Part shown: positions 55,265-63,850 of the stretch, piece after piece
How positions within the stretch are numbered: position 1 is the first letter of the stretch
Layout of the letters: each line of letters starts with the position of its first letter
From: Candidatus Nomurabacteria bacterium
GTDB taxonomy: Bacteria; Patescibacteriota; Patescibacteriia; HK-STAS-PATE-3
Reading direction: 5' to 3'
Length of the DNA stretch: 64,000 bases
Assembly: GCA_023898465.1 (NCBI GenBank)
Contig: CP060223.1
Coordinates: forward strand, 256,001 to 320,000
Program-made: the position numbers and the translations under genes
Notes under the pieces: model-generated
What the model saw: the letters and a program-made list of their open reading frames with translations, nothing else
Told to the model about the DNA's origin: nothing
The model's database searches: none

Positions 55265-56362
55265 TTAGACGTCGCGTACTCGGAATGACTTCCAGGCCAG
55301 TAAGAAGGACAGGAGAATCCAGCCACCCAGGATGCTGAACTCATAACCGAAGTCACTTATTGGGCTGCCATTTACTGCTACGCCACGTAAGACCTTGAGC
55401 AGTGAAGTGAGTGGCAAGAAGTCAACAATCCGTTCCACAGCTGGTGGTAACATGTCAGGCGAGAAAAAGACGCCAGACAAGAACATCATCGGCGTGGTGA
55501 AAGCATTAGACATTGCCTCAGCAGTATTCACTGTTTTTGCTTGTCCAGCCACAAAGAATCCGATGTTGAGGAAGACGATTGTGCCAATAAGTGTAACCAG
55601 AGTAAGCAGTAACAAGCTGCCGTGAATTTCGACACCAAAGACTAAGCGGGCCACGCTGAGAATTACCGTGATCTGCATTAAAGACAGCACGAGATAAGAT
55701 CCAACCTCAGCCACTAAGAAATTTCGTACCTTAATCGGCGTAGCTAATAAACGCTTGAGGATTTTTCGTTCACGATAGCGCGTAATGCCCACAGCAATAC
55801 CAATGATGGCCGAGAACATGATAGCCATGCCCAGGATGCCCGGGGTAAGGAAATCGAGGTATTTCACATCTTGACCCTGCACACCCTCGGTTGCCACGGT
55901 GAAAATAGGTTGGGCGCCCGCGATTTGCAGATTTACCTTATTTAAAAAGTCATTAAGCACGCTGACGATAATACCGCTCTGCTGATTTGTTTCATCCAGT
56001 ATAACGGTGAAGTTGAGCGGCTCAGTTACTTCATTTTGGGGGACTTGGCCATAGGCGTCTGGGATAACAATAATCCCATCGAGCTCACCATCTTTCATGC
56101 TTTGCACCGCCTCATCCTTATTCGTAATATCGGATTCAGTGAAAATTTCTAAGGAGAACATTTGCTCGCGCAGCATTTGAGAGGATTCAGTTTGTGCCTC
56201 ATCAATCACTGCAATATCAAAGGAGGCTGGAGCATCAAAATTAAATAAGCCAAAAATAACTAGGAAGAGCAGGGGAAAGACCAGCGACCAAAAGAGAGAC
56301 TGCCGGTCGCGAAACAGCATTTTGAGGTTGGAAAGGAAAAGCCTCCAGGTAGGGTTATTCAC
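55265..56362 (-). CDS. ABC-2 type transporter permease
   Basis: 365 aa: one N-terminal TM helix, a large external loop, then a C-terminal bundle of 5 TM helices. Overlaps the ATPase gene. Confidence 0.8.
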   Translation of the reverse strand: MNNPTWRLFLSNLKMLFRDRQSLFWSLVFPLLFLVIFGLFNFDAPASFDIAVIDEAQTESSQMLREQMFSLEIFTESDITNKDEAVQSMKDGELDGIIVIPDAYGQVPQNEVTEPLNFTVILDETNQQSGIIVSVLNDFLNKVNLQIAGAQPIFTVATEGVQGQDVKYLDFLTPGILGMAIMFSAIIGIAVGITRYRERKILKRLLATPIKVRNFLVAEVGSYLVLSLMQITVILSVARLVFGVEIHGSLLLLTLVTLIGTIVFLNIGFFVAGQAKTVNTAEAMSNAFTTPMMFLSGVFFSPDMLPPAVERIVDFLPLTSLLKVLRGVAVNGSPISDFGYEFSILGGWILLSFLLAWKSFRVRDV

Positions 56363-57296
56363 GGAGTTTGCTCCCGGTTAAGTGCAAGAAGACATCCTCC
56401 AAGGTTGCTCGAGTGACTTCAATATCTTCCAAGTGCATTTGATGCTGCTCAGCCCAACGGATGAGTGGAGGGAGTACGGCTGAGGCGTGAGTTATTTGTA
56501 ATCGGTATGAGTTTGGCTCACCGTTCATTTCAGCTTTGATGACACCTTCCATGTTAGTGAATTCACTCACTTCTACAGCCTGCGGTGTTTTAAAAGCAAG
56601 ATGGGCAGACGCGTCCAGCTGATCAATCAGTGCCTTAGGCGTATCCAAAGCTACAATCTTACCGTGATCTATGACGCCAATACGATCACAAAGCTCCTCA
56701 GCTTCTTCCATATAGTGGGTGGTGAGGACGACGGTCTTGCCTTGTTCCTTAATCTTGCGAATGAATTGCCACATATGCCGACGCGCCTGTGGGTCCAGAC
56801 CAGTGGTCGGCTCATCCAAGAATACAATCTCCGGATCATTCACTAGGCTAACGGCAATTGAGAAACGTTGCTGCTGACCGCCGGATAATTCCTTTACCAG
56901 TGCTTTTCGCTTTTCGTAGAGGTCAACAATCTTCAGTAGCTCCTCAGCATTTTTTTGCTTTGGGTAAAAAGTGCCAAACAGTTTCAAAATTTCTTCCAGT
57001 GACAGGTAATCGTAAAAAGATGATGACTGTAGTTGGATACCAATGCGTTGCTTTACTTTTTCTACCTCGTGATGAGAATCAAAGCCAAGCACCTTGGCTG
57101 AGCCTCGGGTGGGTACTTGCAGGCCTTCAATTATTTCCAGTGTGGTGGTTTTCCCGGCGCCATTAGGACCCAGGAAGCCAAAAATTTCACCTTGGGCCAC
57201 TTGGAAACTAATGCCGTCCACTGCAGTAAGTTTGCCTGAGCCTTTACCCGGGAGAGGAAATTCTTTGACTAGTTCTTGTACTTCGATGACAGACAT
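56355..57296 (-). CDS. ABC transporter ATP-binding protein
   Basis: Walker A GPNGAGKTT, signature LSGGQQQR, Walker B VFLDEP. The start is either the ATG at 57296 or the one at 57320. Confidence 0.9.
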   Translation of the reverse strand: MSVIEVQELVKEFPLPGKGSGKLTAVDGISFQVAQGEIFGFLGPNGAGKTTTLEIIEGLQVPTRGSAKVLGFDSHHEVEKVKQRIGIQLQSSSFYDYLSLEEILKLFGTFYPKQKNAEELLKIVDLYEKRKALVKELSGGQQQRFSIAVSLVNDPEIVFLDEPTTGLDPQARRHMWQFIRKIKEQGKTVVLTTHYMEEAEELCDRIGVIDHGKIVALDTPKALIDQLDASAHLAFKTPQAVEVSEFTNMEGVIKAEMNGEPNSYRLQITHASAVLPPLIRWAEQHQMHLEDIEVTRATLEDVFLHLTGSKLRE

Positions 57297-57409
57297 AAAG
57301 CAAAGGGGAGTGTAGTACATTCAAATGTGGGTGTAAAGGGAGCATTTGACATATTTTCATATTGTTTTATCCTTAGTCAGGATCTTTCGAAGAAATCAAT
57401 AGAGATGGC

Positions 57410-57818
57410 CTAACCCGCTCTTGGGGTTGAAGTCAACGTTGTTGCATTTCTCGGGTCCCTTTGGGACTCATGCAACCGATCGACAAACTGTTCTTCGGAA
57501 CAGGGGTCTGAGCCAAAACCAGTGTCGTGTACGTTGTACGACGTTGCGACTCTGGGGTTGTGGGGCATGCAGTAGAGTTCCGTACAGAAACTCATCGAGT
57601 AAGAAAATCGAGGGTTGAGAAGCCCCACGATCTCGACTAGCATGTACCCTGGACTTCGGTCCGCTGGGTGTTCGTCCCTTCGTGGTATATCGGCCTTCAT
57701 GGTCGAGCGCACATCCATGGCTAAACAATAGAAAGATCCTTTTGACCAGGACCTAGTCCTGTGCTCTCGAGGGGTGACACCACGTGTGCTCACCCCTCTC
57801 TTTCTTGCTTGTTTTCTG
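57410..57818 (+). ncRNA. Candidate structured RNA of unknown class ending in an intrinsic terminator
   Basis: Two UUCG-tetraloop hairpins on the plus strand (57488-57503 CTGTTC-TTCG-GAACAG; 57651-57662 GGAC-TTCG-GTCC). Nested helices (GTGGGGC 57560 / GCCCCAC 57622). A terminal 9-bp stem GAGGGGTGA/TCACCCCTC plus a T-rich tail. Only implausible ORFs overlap it. Confidence 0.35.
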
Positions 57819-57871
57819 CTTCTCGCCTAGACTGACCATAGCTCTTTTGTTTCGTCGATCGAGGAGGGACC

Positions 57872-58051
57872 ATGAGGTTGTTTCTTCTTTGTGTCACCAT
57901 CGTCGCCCTGCCAAGCATGTTTGGCTATGCGGTGCTATGGGCGAGTGCTCGAGGAGCAAAGGCCATCGAGGATGAGCTCCCTGACGACAGGGAAGGGCGG
58001 CGGGCAGCTCATTTGGCCAGATCGCTTGATCCACCTTTTCCTGACTACTAA
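57872..58051 (+). CDS. Unlisted 59-aa ORF, putative small membrane-anchored protein
   Basis: MRLFLLCVTIVALPSMFGYAVLWA... with GAGGAGGGA 2 nt upstream. A hairpin terminator (AGACGACT/AGTCGTCT plus TTTT) lies at about 58070-58098. It is below the 60-aa cutoff of the ORF track. Confidence 0.35.
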   Translation: MRLFLLCVTIVALPSMFGYAVLWASARGAKAIEDELPDDREGRRAAHLARSLDPPFPDY

Positions 58052-58147
58052 GTCAGGTGCATTCCATTGAGACGACTTTGCCCGGAGTCGTCTTTTCATA
58101 GCGTCTTTTCGAGAAAATTGCTATAGTGGAAGCTGAATTACGGGGGT

Positions 58148-59980
58148 ATGACGCAAAAATTTTCTTCATTAGAAAAAATAGCTGCCCAGCTTCGTTATGA
58201 TGTGCTCACCATGACGTCGCGGGCCGGATCAGGTCATCCATCATCTTGCTTATCCGCAGTCGAGATAATGACTGCTTTGTTTTTTGGAGGAGTATTTCAC
58301 GCTGATCTGACGAAGCCGGAGTATGCGAATAACGACCGACTTATTTTTTCAAAAGGTCATGCTGCTCCATTGCTCTATGCGCTCTACGCAAGTGCAGGTC
58401 AAGTAACGGAAAAAGAGCTGCTGAGTTTGCGTGCGTTCCAAAGTCCGCTGGAGGGGCACCCTAGTCGCGCTTTTCCTTACACTGAGGTGCCGACCGGATC
58501 GCTAGGACAAGGTTTATCCAATGGCATAGGTATGGCTGAGTACGCACACCGTCATCGTTTGTCGTATCACACCTATGTGCTTCTTGGTGACAGTGAAATG
58601 AGTGAAGGTTCAAACTGGGAGGCAATGGAGTATGCGGCCTCGCATAAGTTGAGTGCACTCGTGGCGCTTATTGACCTGAATGATTTAGGTCAAAGCATGC
58701 GCACTCTGCCACTCGCTAAGGCGGAACAATTAGCTGCTCGGATAAAGTCATTTGGATGGCAAGTCTATGTTGTTGATGGGCATACTATCCCACAACTCTT
58801 GTCCGTGTTGAGTAAGGCAAAAAAGAGTCTCCAAAAACCCGTAGCGATTATTGCTCGGACGGTAAAAGGGAAAGGCGTCTCTTTTATCGAGGGGCGTCAA
58901 GGCTGGCATGGAAAAGCGCTGAGCAATGAAGAGCTGGAAAAAGCTTTAAAAGAAATTCCGTATCCAAAAAATAGAGTGCGAGGAAAGCTAGCCCAGCCGC
59001 AGAAAAAATCCCTGCCAGAATCAACAGCACGTCCAGTGCCGAATTGCCAGTACCGTAAGAGCACTTCAGTTTCCACTCGACGGGCGGCTGCCCATGCACT
59101 TGTCCGATTGGCGCCAAAGTATCCGGAGCTGCTTGTCCTAGACACTGAGGTAGGAAACTCAACGCATACGGAAGACTTTGCCGAAGTGTATCCTGAGCGT
59201 TTTTTGCAGTGTGGCATAGCTGAACAAAATGCCGTTGGCATGGTTAATGGCTTAGCGCGTCGCGGCGCTTTACCAGTCTACGCTACCTTTAGCGCCTTTC
59301 TCACACGAGCCTTTGATCAGCTGCGCATGAATCAATACAGCGACACGCGTCAGGTGTATATTGGTACGCATTCGGGTGTTTCTATTGGCGCGGATGGTCC
59401 ATCGCAAATGGGTCTGCAGGACATTGCCATGTTTCGTTCGCTGGAAAAAAGCGTGGTGCTTTATCCATCTGATGCCTTTGCAGCTGAGCGCTTAGTTGAG
59501 GAGGCTATGAAGCAGAGCGGTATGGTCTATATCCGCGCGACCCGGCCTCGAGTACCTATACTGTACAGCGCAGGGACAAAGTTTATTGTCGGCGGCAGTC
59601 AGACTTTGCGTCAAAGTACAAATGATAAACTCACCATTCTCGCCGCTGGCATCACTGTGTTTGAGGCATTAAAAGCTGCTGATGCATTAGCTGGCAGGGG
59701 CGTTAAGGTGCGAGTGATCGACCTCTATAGTGTGAAGCCGCTTGATGTGTCAACCTTACGCAAGGCGGCTAAGCAAACGAAAGCCTTCATCGTTGTAGAG
59801 GATCATAACCCTGAGGGCGGTATTGCCGAAGCAGTGCGTAGTGCTTTTATCCAATGCCCAGTACCCATCTATAGCCTAGCGGTGCAAAAACGACCCAAGA
59901 GCGGAACGCCAGAAGAACTTTTAAAATATTGCAATATTGATGCCAGTGCCATACTTCGTAAAGCGCAGACACTCATATGA
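58148..59980 (+). CDS. tkt: Transketolase (single-chain)
   Basis: 610 aa with GHPSSCLS, SKGHAAP, GDSEMSEGSNWEA, and a C-terminal pyrimidine-binding region. Confidence 0.9.
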   Translation: MTQKFSSLEKIAAQLRYDVLTMTSRAGSGHPSSCLSAVEIMTALFFGGVFHADLTKPEYANNDRLIFSKGHAAPLLYALYASAGQVTEKELLSLRAFQSPLEGHPSRAFPYTEVPTGSLGQGLSNGIGMAEYAHRHRLSYHTYVLLGDSEMSEGSNWEAMEYAASHKLSALVALIDLNDLGQSMRTLPLAKAEQLAARIKSFGWQVYVVDGHTIPQLLSVLSKAKKSLQKPVAIIARTVKGKGVSFIEGRQGWHGKALSNEELEKALKEIPYPKNRVRGKLAQPQKKSLPESTARPVPNCQYRKSTSVSTRRAAAHALVRLAPKYPELLVLDTEVGNSTHTEDFAEVYPERFLQCGIAEQNAVGMVNGLARRGALPVYATFSAFLTRAFDQLRMNQYSDTRQVYIGTHSGVSIGADGPSQMGLQDIAMFRSLEKSVVLYPSDAFAAERLVEEAMKQSGMVYIRATRPRVPILYSAGTKFIVGGSQTLRQSTNDKLTILAAGITVFEALKAADALAGRGVKVRVIDLYSVKPLDVSTLRKAAKQTKAFIVVEDHNPEGGIAEAVRSAFIQCPVPIYSLAVQKRPKSGTPEELLKYCNIDASAILRKAQTLI

Positions 59981-60807
59981 ATATAGTTTTTGACATTGGT
60001 GGTACAAACATTCGCATTGCGCGAGTAAAAGGCACTCGCCTTGATCGAATTGAGAAATTTTCCACTCCCTCAAAGCCACAAGCTGCATTTACCTTGATGG
60101 TAAAGCACATTGATGCGCTTCGAGGTGAGGAAAAAGTCACACGGATTATCGGTGGCGTACCCGGGTCAGTGGATAGTACACGTCAACAGTTAGTCCGGGC
60201 AGCTAATTTAACGCAATGGAAAAAATTCGCCCTGGGAAAAAAACTTGCCCAGCATTATTCCGCTCGTGTACAACTTTATAATGATGCTGATCTCGCAGGA
60301 TTAGGTGAAGCATATTATGGCGCGGGAAAAGGCAAAGAAGTGTTTGCTTACCTTACCCTGAGCACCGGCATCGGCGGCACGAGAATCGTGAAAGGGAAAA
60401 TTGACCAGGCAAGTGGAACATTTGAACCTGGACACCACGTGATAGATGCTGCAACTGTCCTTCGGAAGGGCCCACGGTCAGAAGGCTATTGGGAAAAATT
60501 CGTTTCTGGTTCAGCTCTGCAGCGCCGCTTCCATAACCCAGCTGAAAAAATACATGATGCCAAAGTGTGGCAGGAATTTCATGCATATATTGCCCTGGGT
60601 TTGGTCAACGTCAGTATTTTTTGGTCACCGGAGGCCATAGTCTTAGGTGGCGCGCTTATGCAGAATACGCACGTTTCCATATCCCGTTTGCAAAAACTTT
60701 TACAAAAGTATTATTACATTTCCAGTCCTACACCCAAGCTCATCCGAGGCAAGTTAGGGGATAGAGCGGGCTTGTATGGCGCAATGAGTTTACTTCGTCA
60801 TATTTAA
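59977..60807 (+). CDS. ROK-family sugar kinase (glucokinase-like)
   Basis: FDIGGTNIRIA, NDADLAGLGE, and LSTGIGG. Confidence 0.75.
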   Translation: MNIVFDIGGTNIRIARVKGTRLDRIEKFSTPSKPQAAFTLMVKHIDALRGEEKVTRIIGGVPGSVDSTRQQLVRAANLTQWKKFALGKKLAQHYSARVQLYNDADLAGLGEAYYGAGKGKEVFAYLTLSTGIGGTRIVKGKIDQASGTFEPGHHVIDAATVLRKGPRSEGYWEKFVSGSALQRRFHNPAEKIHDAKVWQEFHAYIALGLVNVSIFWSPEAIVLGGALMQNTHVSISRLQKLLQKYYYISSPTPKLIRGKLGDRAGLYGAMSLLRHI

Positions 60808-60816
60808 GGAGCGTAT

Positions 60817-61251
60817 ATGCTTTATCTCGCATCCGACCACGGTGGATATCAACTCAAAGAGAAGTTAAAAAAACAATTAGGCAAGGCAAATATTTCTTTT
60901 GTCGACTTGGGTGCAAAAACAGTGAAGCCGGATGATGATTATCCCATCATTACCAAGCAGCTGGCCGAGGCGGTGGCAAAGTCCTCGAAGCATCAGGGCA
61001 TACTGGTCTGTCGATCTGGTACTGGGGTGTGCATTGCCGCGAATAAGATGAAAAAGATTCGAGCAGTGGCAGCGGGCGATGCGTGGACAGCCAGACGCGG
61101 CAAACGCGATGAAAATGCAAACGTGCTTTGTCTAGGATCTGAGCATCCTAATGCGGCCCAGAGCTGGAGCATTGTCCAGGCTTGGTTAAAGCAAGCATTT
61201 CGTAATAGCACTCGGGATAAGCGTCGCCTCATTCAGATAAGTACTTTGTAA
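60817..61251 (+). CDS. rpiB: Ribose-5-phosphate isomerase B
   Basis: ASDHGGYQLKEKL and GILVCRSGTGVCIAANK. Confidence 0.9.
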   Translation: MLYLASDHGGYQLKEKLKKQLGKANISFVDLGAKTVKPDDDYPIITKQLAEAVAKSSKHQGILVCRSGTGVCIAANKMKKIRAVAAGDAWTARRGKRDENANVLCLGSEHPNAAQSWSIVQAWLKQAFRNSTRDKRRLIQISTL

Positions 61252-61890
61252 ATGGCGAAGGTCCTGCTTACTCCATCAATTCTCACTGCCTCGATCGCGG
61301 TTGCGCAAAAGCAAGTAAAACTTTTTCATAGCTTTTGCCCTCGACTGCACTTGGATTTAATGGACGGCGTCTTTGTTGCGCAGCGATCATTCAGTCCGAA
61401 GCAGCTCATGAAGCTGCGTTTGCCGCGGCAGACAAGTGCGCATTTAATGGTGCATGATCCCAGCGAATGGATGAGCCAAGGGGTGCAGGCGGGGATTCGT
61501 AGTTTTATCTTACATACCAGCTCTGACTTCACTCCAGTCTTGTTACGCGAGTTGTCTGCGCAATATACATTGCGTCTGGCTGTCCGGCCGGGCGTTTCCT
61601 TGAGCGAGGTGAAGAAGCTGGCCAAGTATGCAAAAGGTCTACATGTGATGACAGTTGAGCCGGGCCGTCAGGGTGGACCCTTTTTGCCTGCTCAGATAAG
61701 CGTGCTGAGGCGTTTGCGTAAGCTTTATCCGCGCATGTCGATCAGCGTAGATGGACACATGAATGCTGATACCATACCACTCGCCGTTGAGGCAGGGGCA
61801 AACGAGATCATTTTAGGTTCAGTATTGACTCGGTCTCGTGAGCCAAAGAAAGTGTTTCACGCTTTGCAAAAAATAGCCCAGGCAGTTTAG
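61252..61890 (+). CDS. rpe: Ribulose-phosphate 3-epimerase (divergent)
   Basis: PSILTAS...HLDLMDG.F....F, HLMV, and the VDG.. pattern; 212 aa. Confidence 0.7.
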   Translation: MAKVLLTPSILTASIAVAQKQVKLFHSFCPRLHLDLMDGVFVAQRSFSPKQLMKLRLPRQTSAHLMVHDPSEWMSQGVQAGIRSFILHTSSDFTPVLLRELSAQYTLRLAVRPGVSLSEVKKLAKYAKGLHVMTVEPGRQGGPFLPAQISVLRRLRKLYPRMSISVDGHMNADTIPLAVEAGANEIILGSVLTRSREPKKVFHALQKIAQAV

Positions 61891-61932
61891 GAGATTGCGC
61901 CGCCGGCAGACTTCCAGTATAGTAGCCACTGT

Positions 61933-63807
61933 ATGAACGCCCAGTCTATTCGTAAGGAATTTCTAGAATATTTTGCGTCCAAAGGTCACGCGGTAGTGCC
62001 CTCATCTTCGCTCATACCAGATAATGATGCGTCAGTATTGCTGACCACGGCTGGAATGCAACAGTTTAAGCCATACTTCTTAGGGCAGCGTGATCCTAAA
62101 GAAGACTTTGGTGCGAATCGTCTTTGCTCGGTACAGAAGTGTTATCGCACGAGTGATATTGAGCCGGTCGGCGATGCCTCGCATCACACCTTTTTTGAAA
62201 TGCTGGGTAACTTCGCCATGCATGATTATTTTAAACCCGAAGCAATTGCTTTTGCCTGGGAGTTTCTGACCAAGAAAATGCACCTCCACAAGGATCGACT
62301 TTGGGCAACCTATTATGCCGGAGACGAGTTGGTGGGTGAGGATAGTGAGGCGGCAAAGCTATGGGAAGAGTATTTACCAAAAGAACGCATCCAGGGCTTT
62401 GGTCGCGATGCCAACTGGTGGGGTCCACCAGGTAATACCGGGTCTTGCGGTCCTTGCGCTGAGCTGCACTATGACATGACGGAAAAGGCCTGTGCCCTGG
62501 GAGAACAGTGTAAGCCAAACTGTGCCTGCGGTCGTTTCGTAGAGCTCTGGAATCTTGTGTTCACGGAGTACGAAAAAAATGAGAAAGGCGAATTCACTCC
62601 TTTGCCAACCAAGAATATTGATACCGGCATGGGTTTAGAGCGCCTGGCGACCGTTGTCCAAAAAAAGCAGAGCAACTACGAAACAGATTTATTTGCACCA
62701 ATTTTCGAGTTTCTAGAAAAAGACGAACACTTTGGTCAATTGGAATTTGCTTCAGAGAATTTGAAGCGCATGCGTATTGTGGCTGATCATATTCGAGGCG
62801 CGGTTTTCTTATTAGCTGATGGTGTGCGCTTTAGTAATAAGGATCGGGGATATGTGTTGCGTCGTGTGGTCCGTCGAGCAATTGATCAGTATGCATCGCT
62901 TGAACTTACTTTTGCCGGCATTGTTGAAACGATAGTGAGCATGTACGAAATGCCATATCCGTACTTGCGAGAGCATCAGTCAGAAATAGTGAGCTTGTTG
63001 GAAAAAGAGCTCGAAGGCTACCGTCGAGTATTAAAAGCTGATGTCACGGTGGTGTATAAGAAAGTGCAGAAGCAGCTTGGGTCGCAAGAGCTTGAAGAAA
63101 TGACAGAGCGGACACCGAGCGAACGGGACATAAGTGCTGAAGAAGCTTTTCGACTATTTACTAGCTACGGCTTTTCACCTGATCGATTAAAGAAAGAGGG
63201 CTATCGTTTTGATGAGGCAGCCTTCCAAGAGTTTCTCAAGCAGCATCAGGATGTTTCACGATCGCAGTCAGGGAAGGTGACTGGATTCCATGGAGGTTTA
63301 GCAGACACCAAGCCAAACACTGTGCGCGGGCATACTGCAACACACTTACTCCAAGCGGCTTTGCGTGAAGTGCTGGGGAATCATGTGGCACAAAAGGGAA
63401 GTAATATCACTACTGAACGCGTGCGTTTTGACTTCCTGCATCCTGATAAAATGACACCTGAGCAGATTCAGCAAGTTGAGCAGATTGTGAATGAAAAGAT
63501 CAAGGCGGATTTACCGGTCTATAAGAAGTGGTACACGGTAGCTGAAGCCAAAGAGATTGGCGCCTTAGGTTTATTTGAAGAGCGCTACGGCGATAAGGTG
63601 TCAGTATATTTAATGGGAAGTGAAGATCCGGCAAAAGTTTTTTCAAAAGAGTTTTGTGGAGGCCCTCACGTTGCGCACACCGGCTTAATCGGCAGCTTTA
63701 AAATAAGCAAGGAAGAATCTTCTAGTGCTGGGGTGCGCCGTATTAAAGCCTTGGTGGGGGAGAGTCTTGACCCTTCTTTGGCTGGAAAAGAAATCGAAAC
63801 GCTCTAA
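61933..63807 (+). CDS. alaS: Alanyl-tRNA synthetase, short form lacking the C-terminal C-Ala/DHHA1 region
   Basis: FFEMLGNF, WGPPGNTGSCGPCAELHYD, and the editing-domain motifs HTATHLL and CGGPHV. It ends at 624 aa. Confidence 0.9.
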   Translation: MNAQSIRKEFLEYFASKGHAVVPSSSLIPDNDASVLLTTAGMQQFKPYFLGQRDPKEDFGANRLCSVQKCYRTSDIEPVGDASHHTFFEMLGNFAMHDYFKPEAIAFAWEFLTKKMHLHKDRLWATYYAGDELVGEDSEAAKLWEEYLPKERIQGFGRDANWWGPPGNTGSCGPCAELHYDMTEKACALGEQCKPNCACGRFVELWNLVFTEYEKNEKGEFTPLPTKNIDTGMGLERLATVVQKKQSNYETDLFAPIFEFLEKDEHFGQLEFASENLKRMRIVADHIRGAVFLLADGVRFSNKDRGYVLRRVVRRAIDQYASLELTFAGIVETIVSMYEMPYPYLREHQSEIVSLLEKELEGYRRVLKADVTVVYKKVQKQLGSQELEEMTERTPSERDISAEEAFRLFTSYGFSPDRLKKEGYRFDEAAFQEFLKQHQDVSRSQSGKVTGFHGGLADTKPNTVRGHTATHLLQAALREVLGNHVAQKGSNITTERVRFDFLHPDKMTPEQIQQVEQIVNEKIKADLPVYKKWYTVAEAKEIGALGLFEERYGDKVSVYLMGSEDPAKVFSKEFCGGPHVAHTGLIGSFKISKEESSSAGVRRIKALVGESLDPSLAGKEIETL

Positions 63808-63827
63808 ATTTTTTCTTAAGAAAAAGT

Positions 63828-63850
63828 AAGCCCTCCCAAGGGCTTTTTTG
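63828..63850 (+). terminator. Rho-independent terminator after alaS
   Basis: AAGCCCT-CCCA-AGGGCTT followed by TTTT. Confidence 0.65.

Noticed and set aside
54934-55356. 140-aa minus-strand ORF.
   Set aside because: It overlaps the 3' end of the ABC-2 permease gene on the same strand in another frame, and the plus-strand 88-aa ORF that has a strong Shine-Dalgarno sequence. Its serine-rich translation has no motif.
57410-57793. 127-aa minus-strand ORF with a GTG start, plus 86-aa and 65-aa overlapping ORFs.
   Set aside because: The GTG start lies inside the 9-bp terminator stem. The composition looks like random translation, and the plus-strand RNA structure signals are stronger. This is not fully excluded; a protein homology search should be run.
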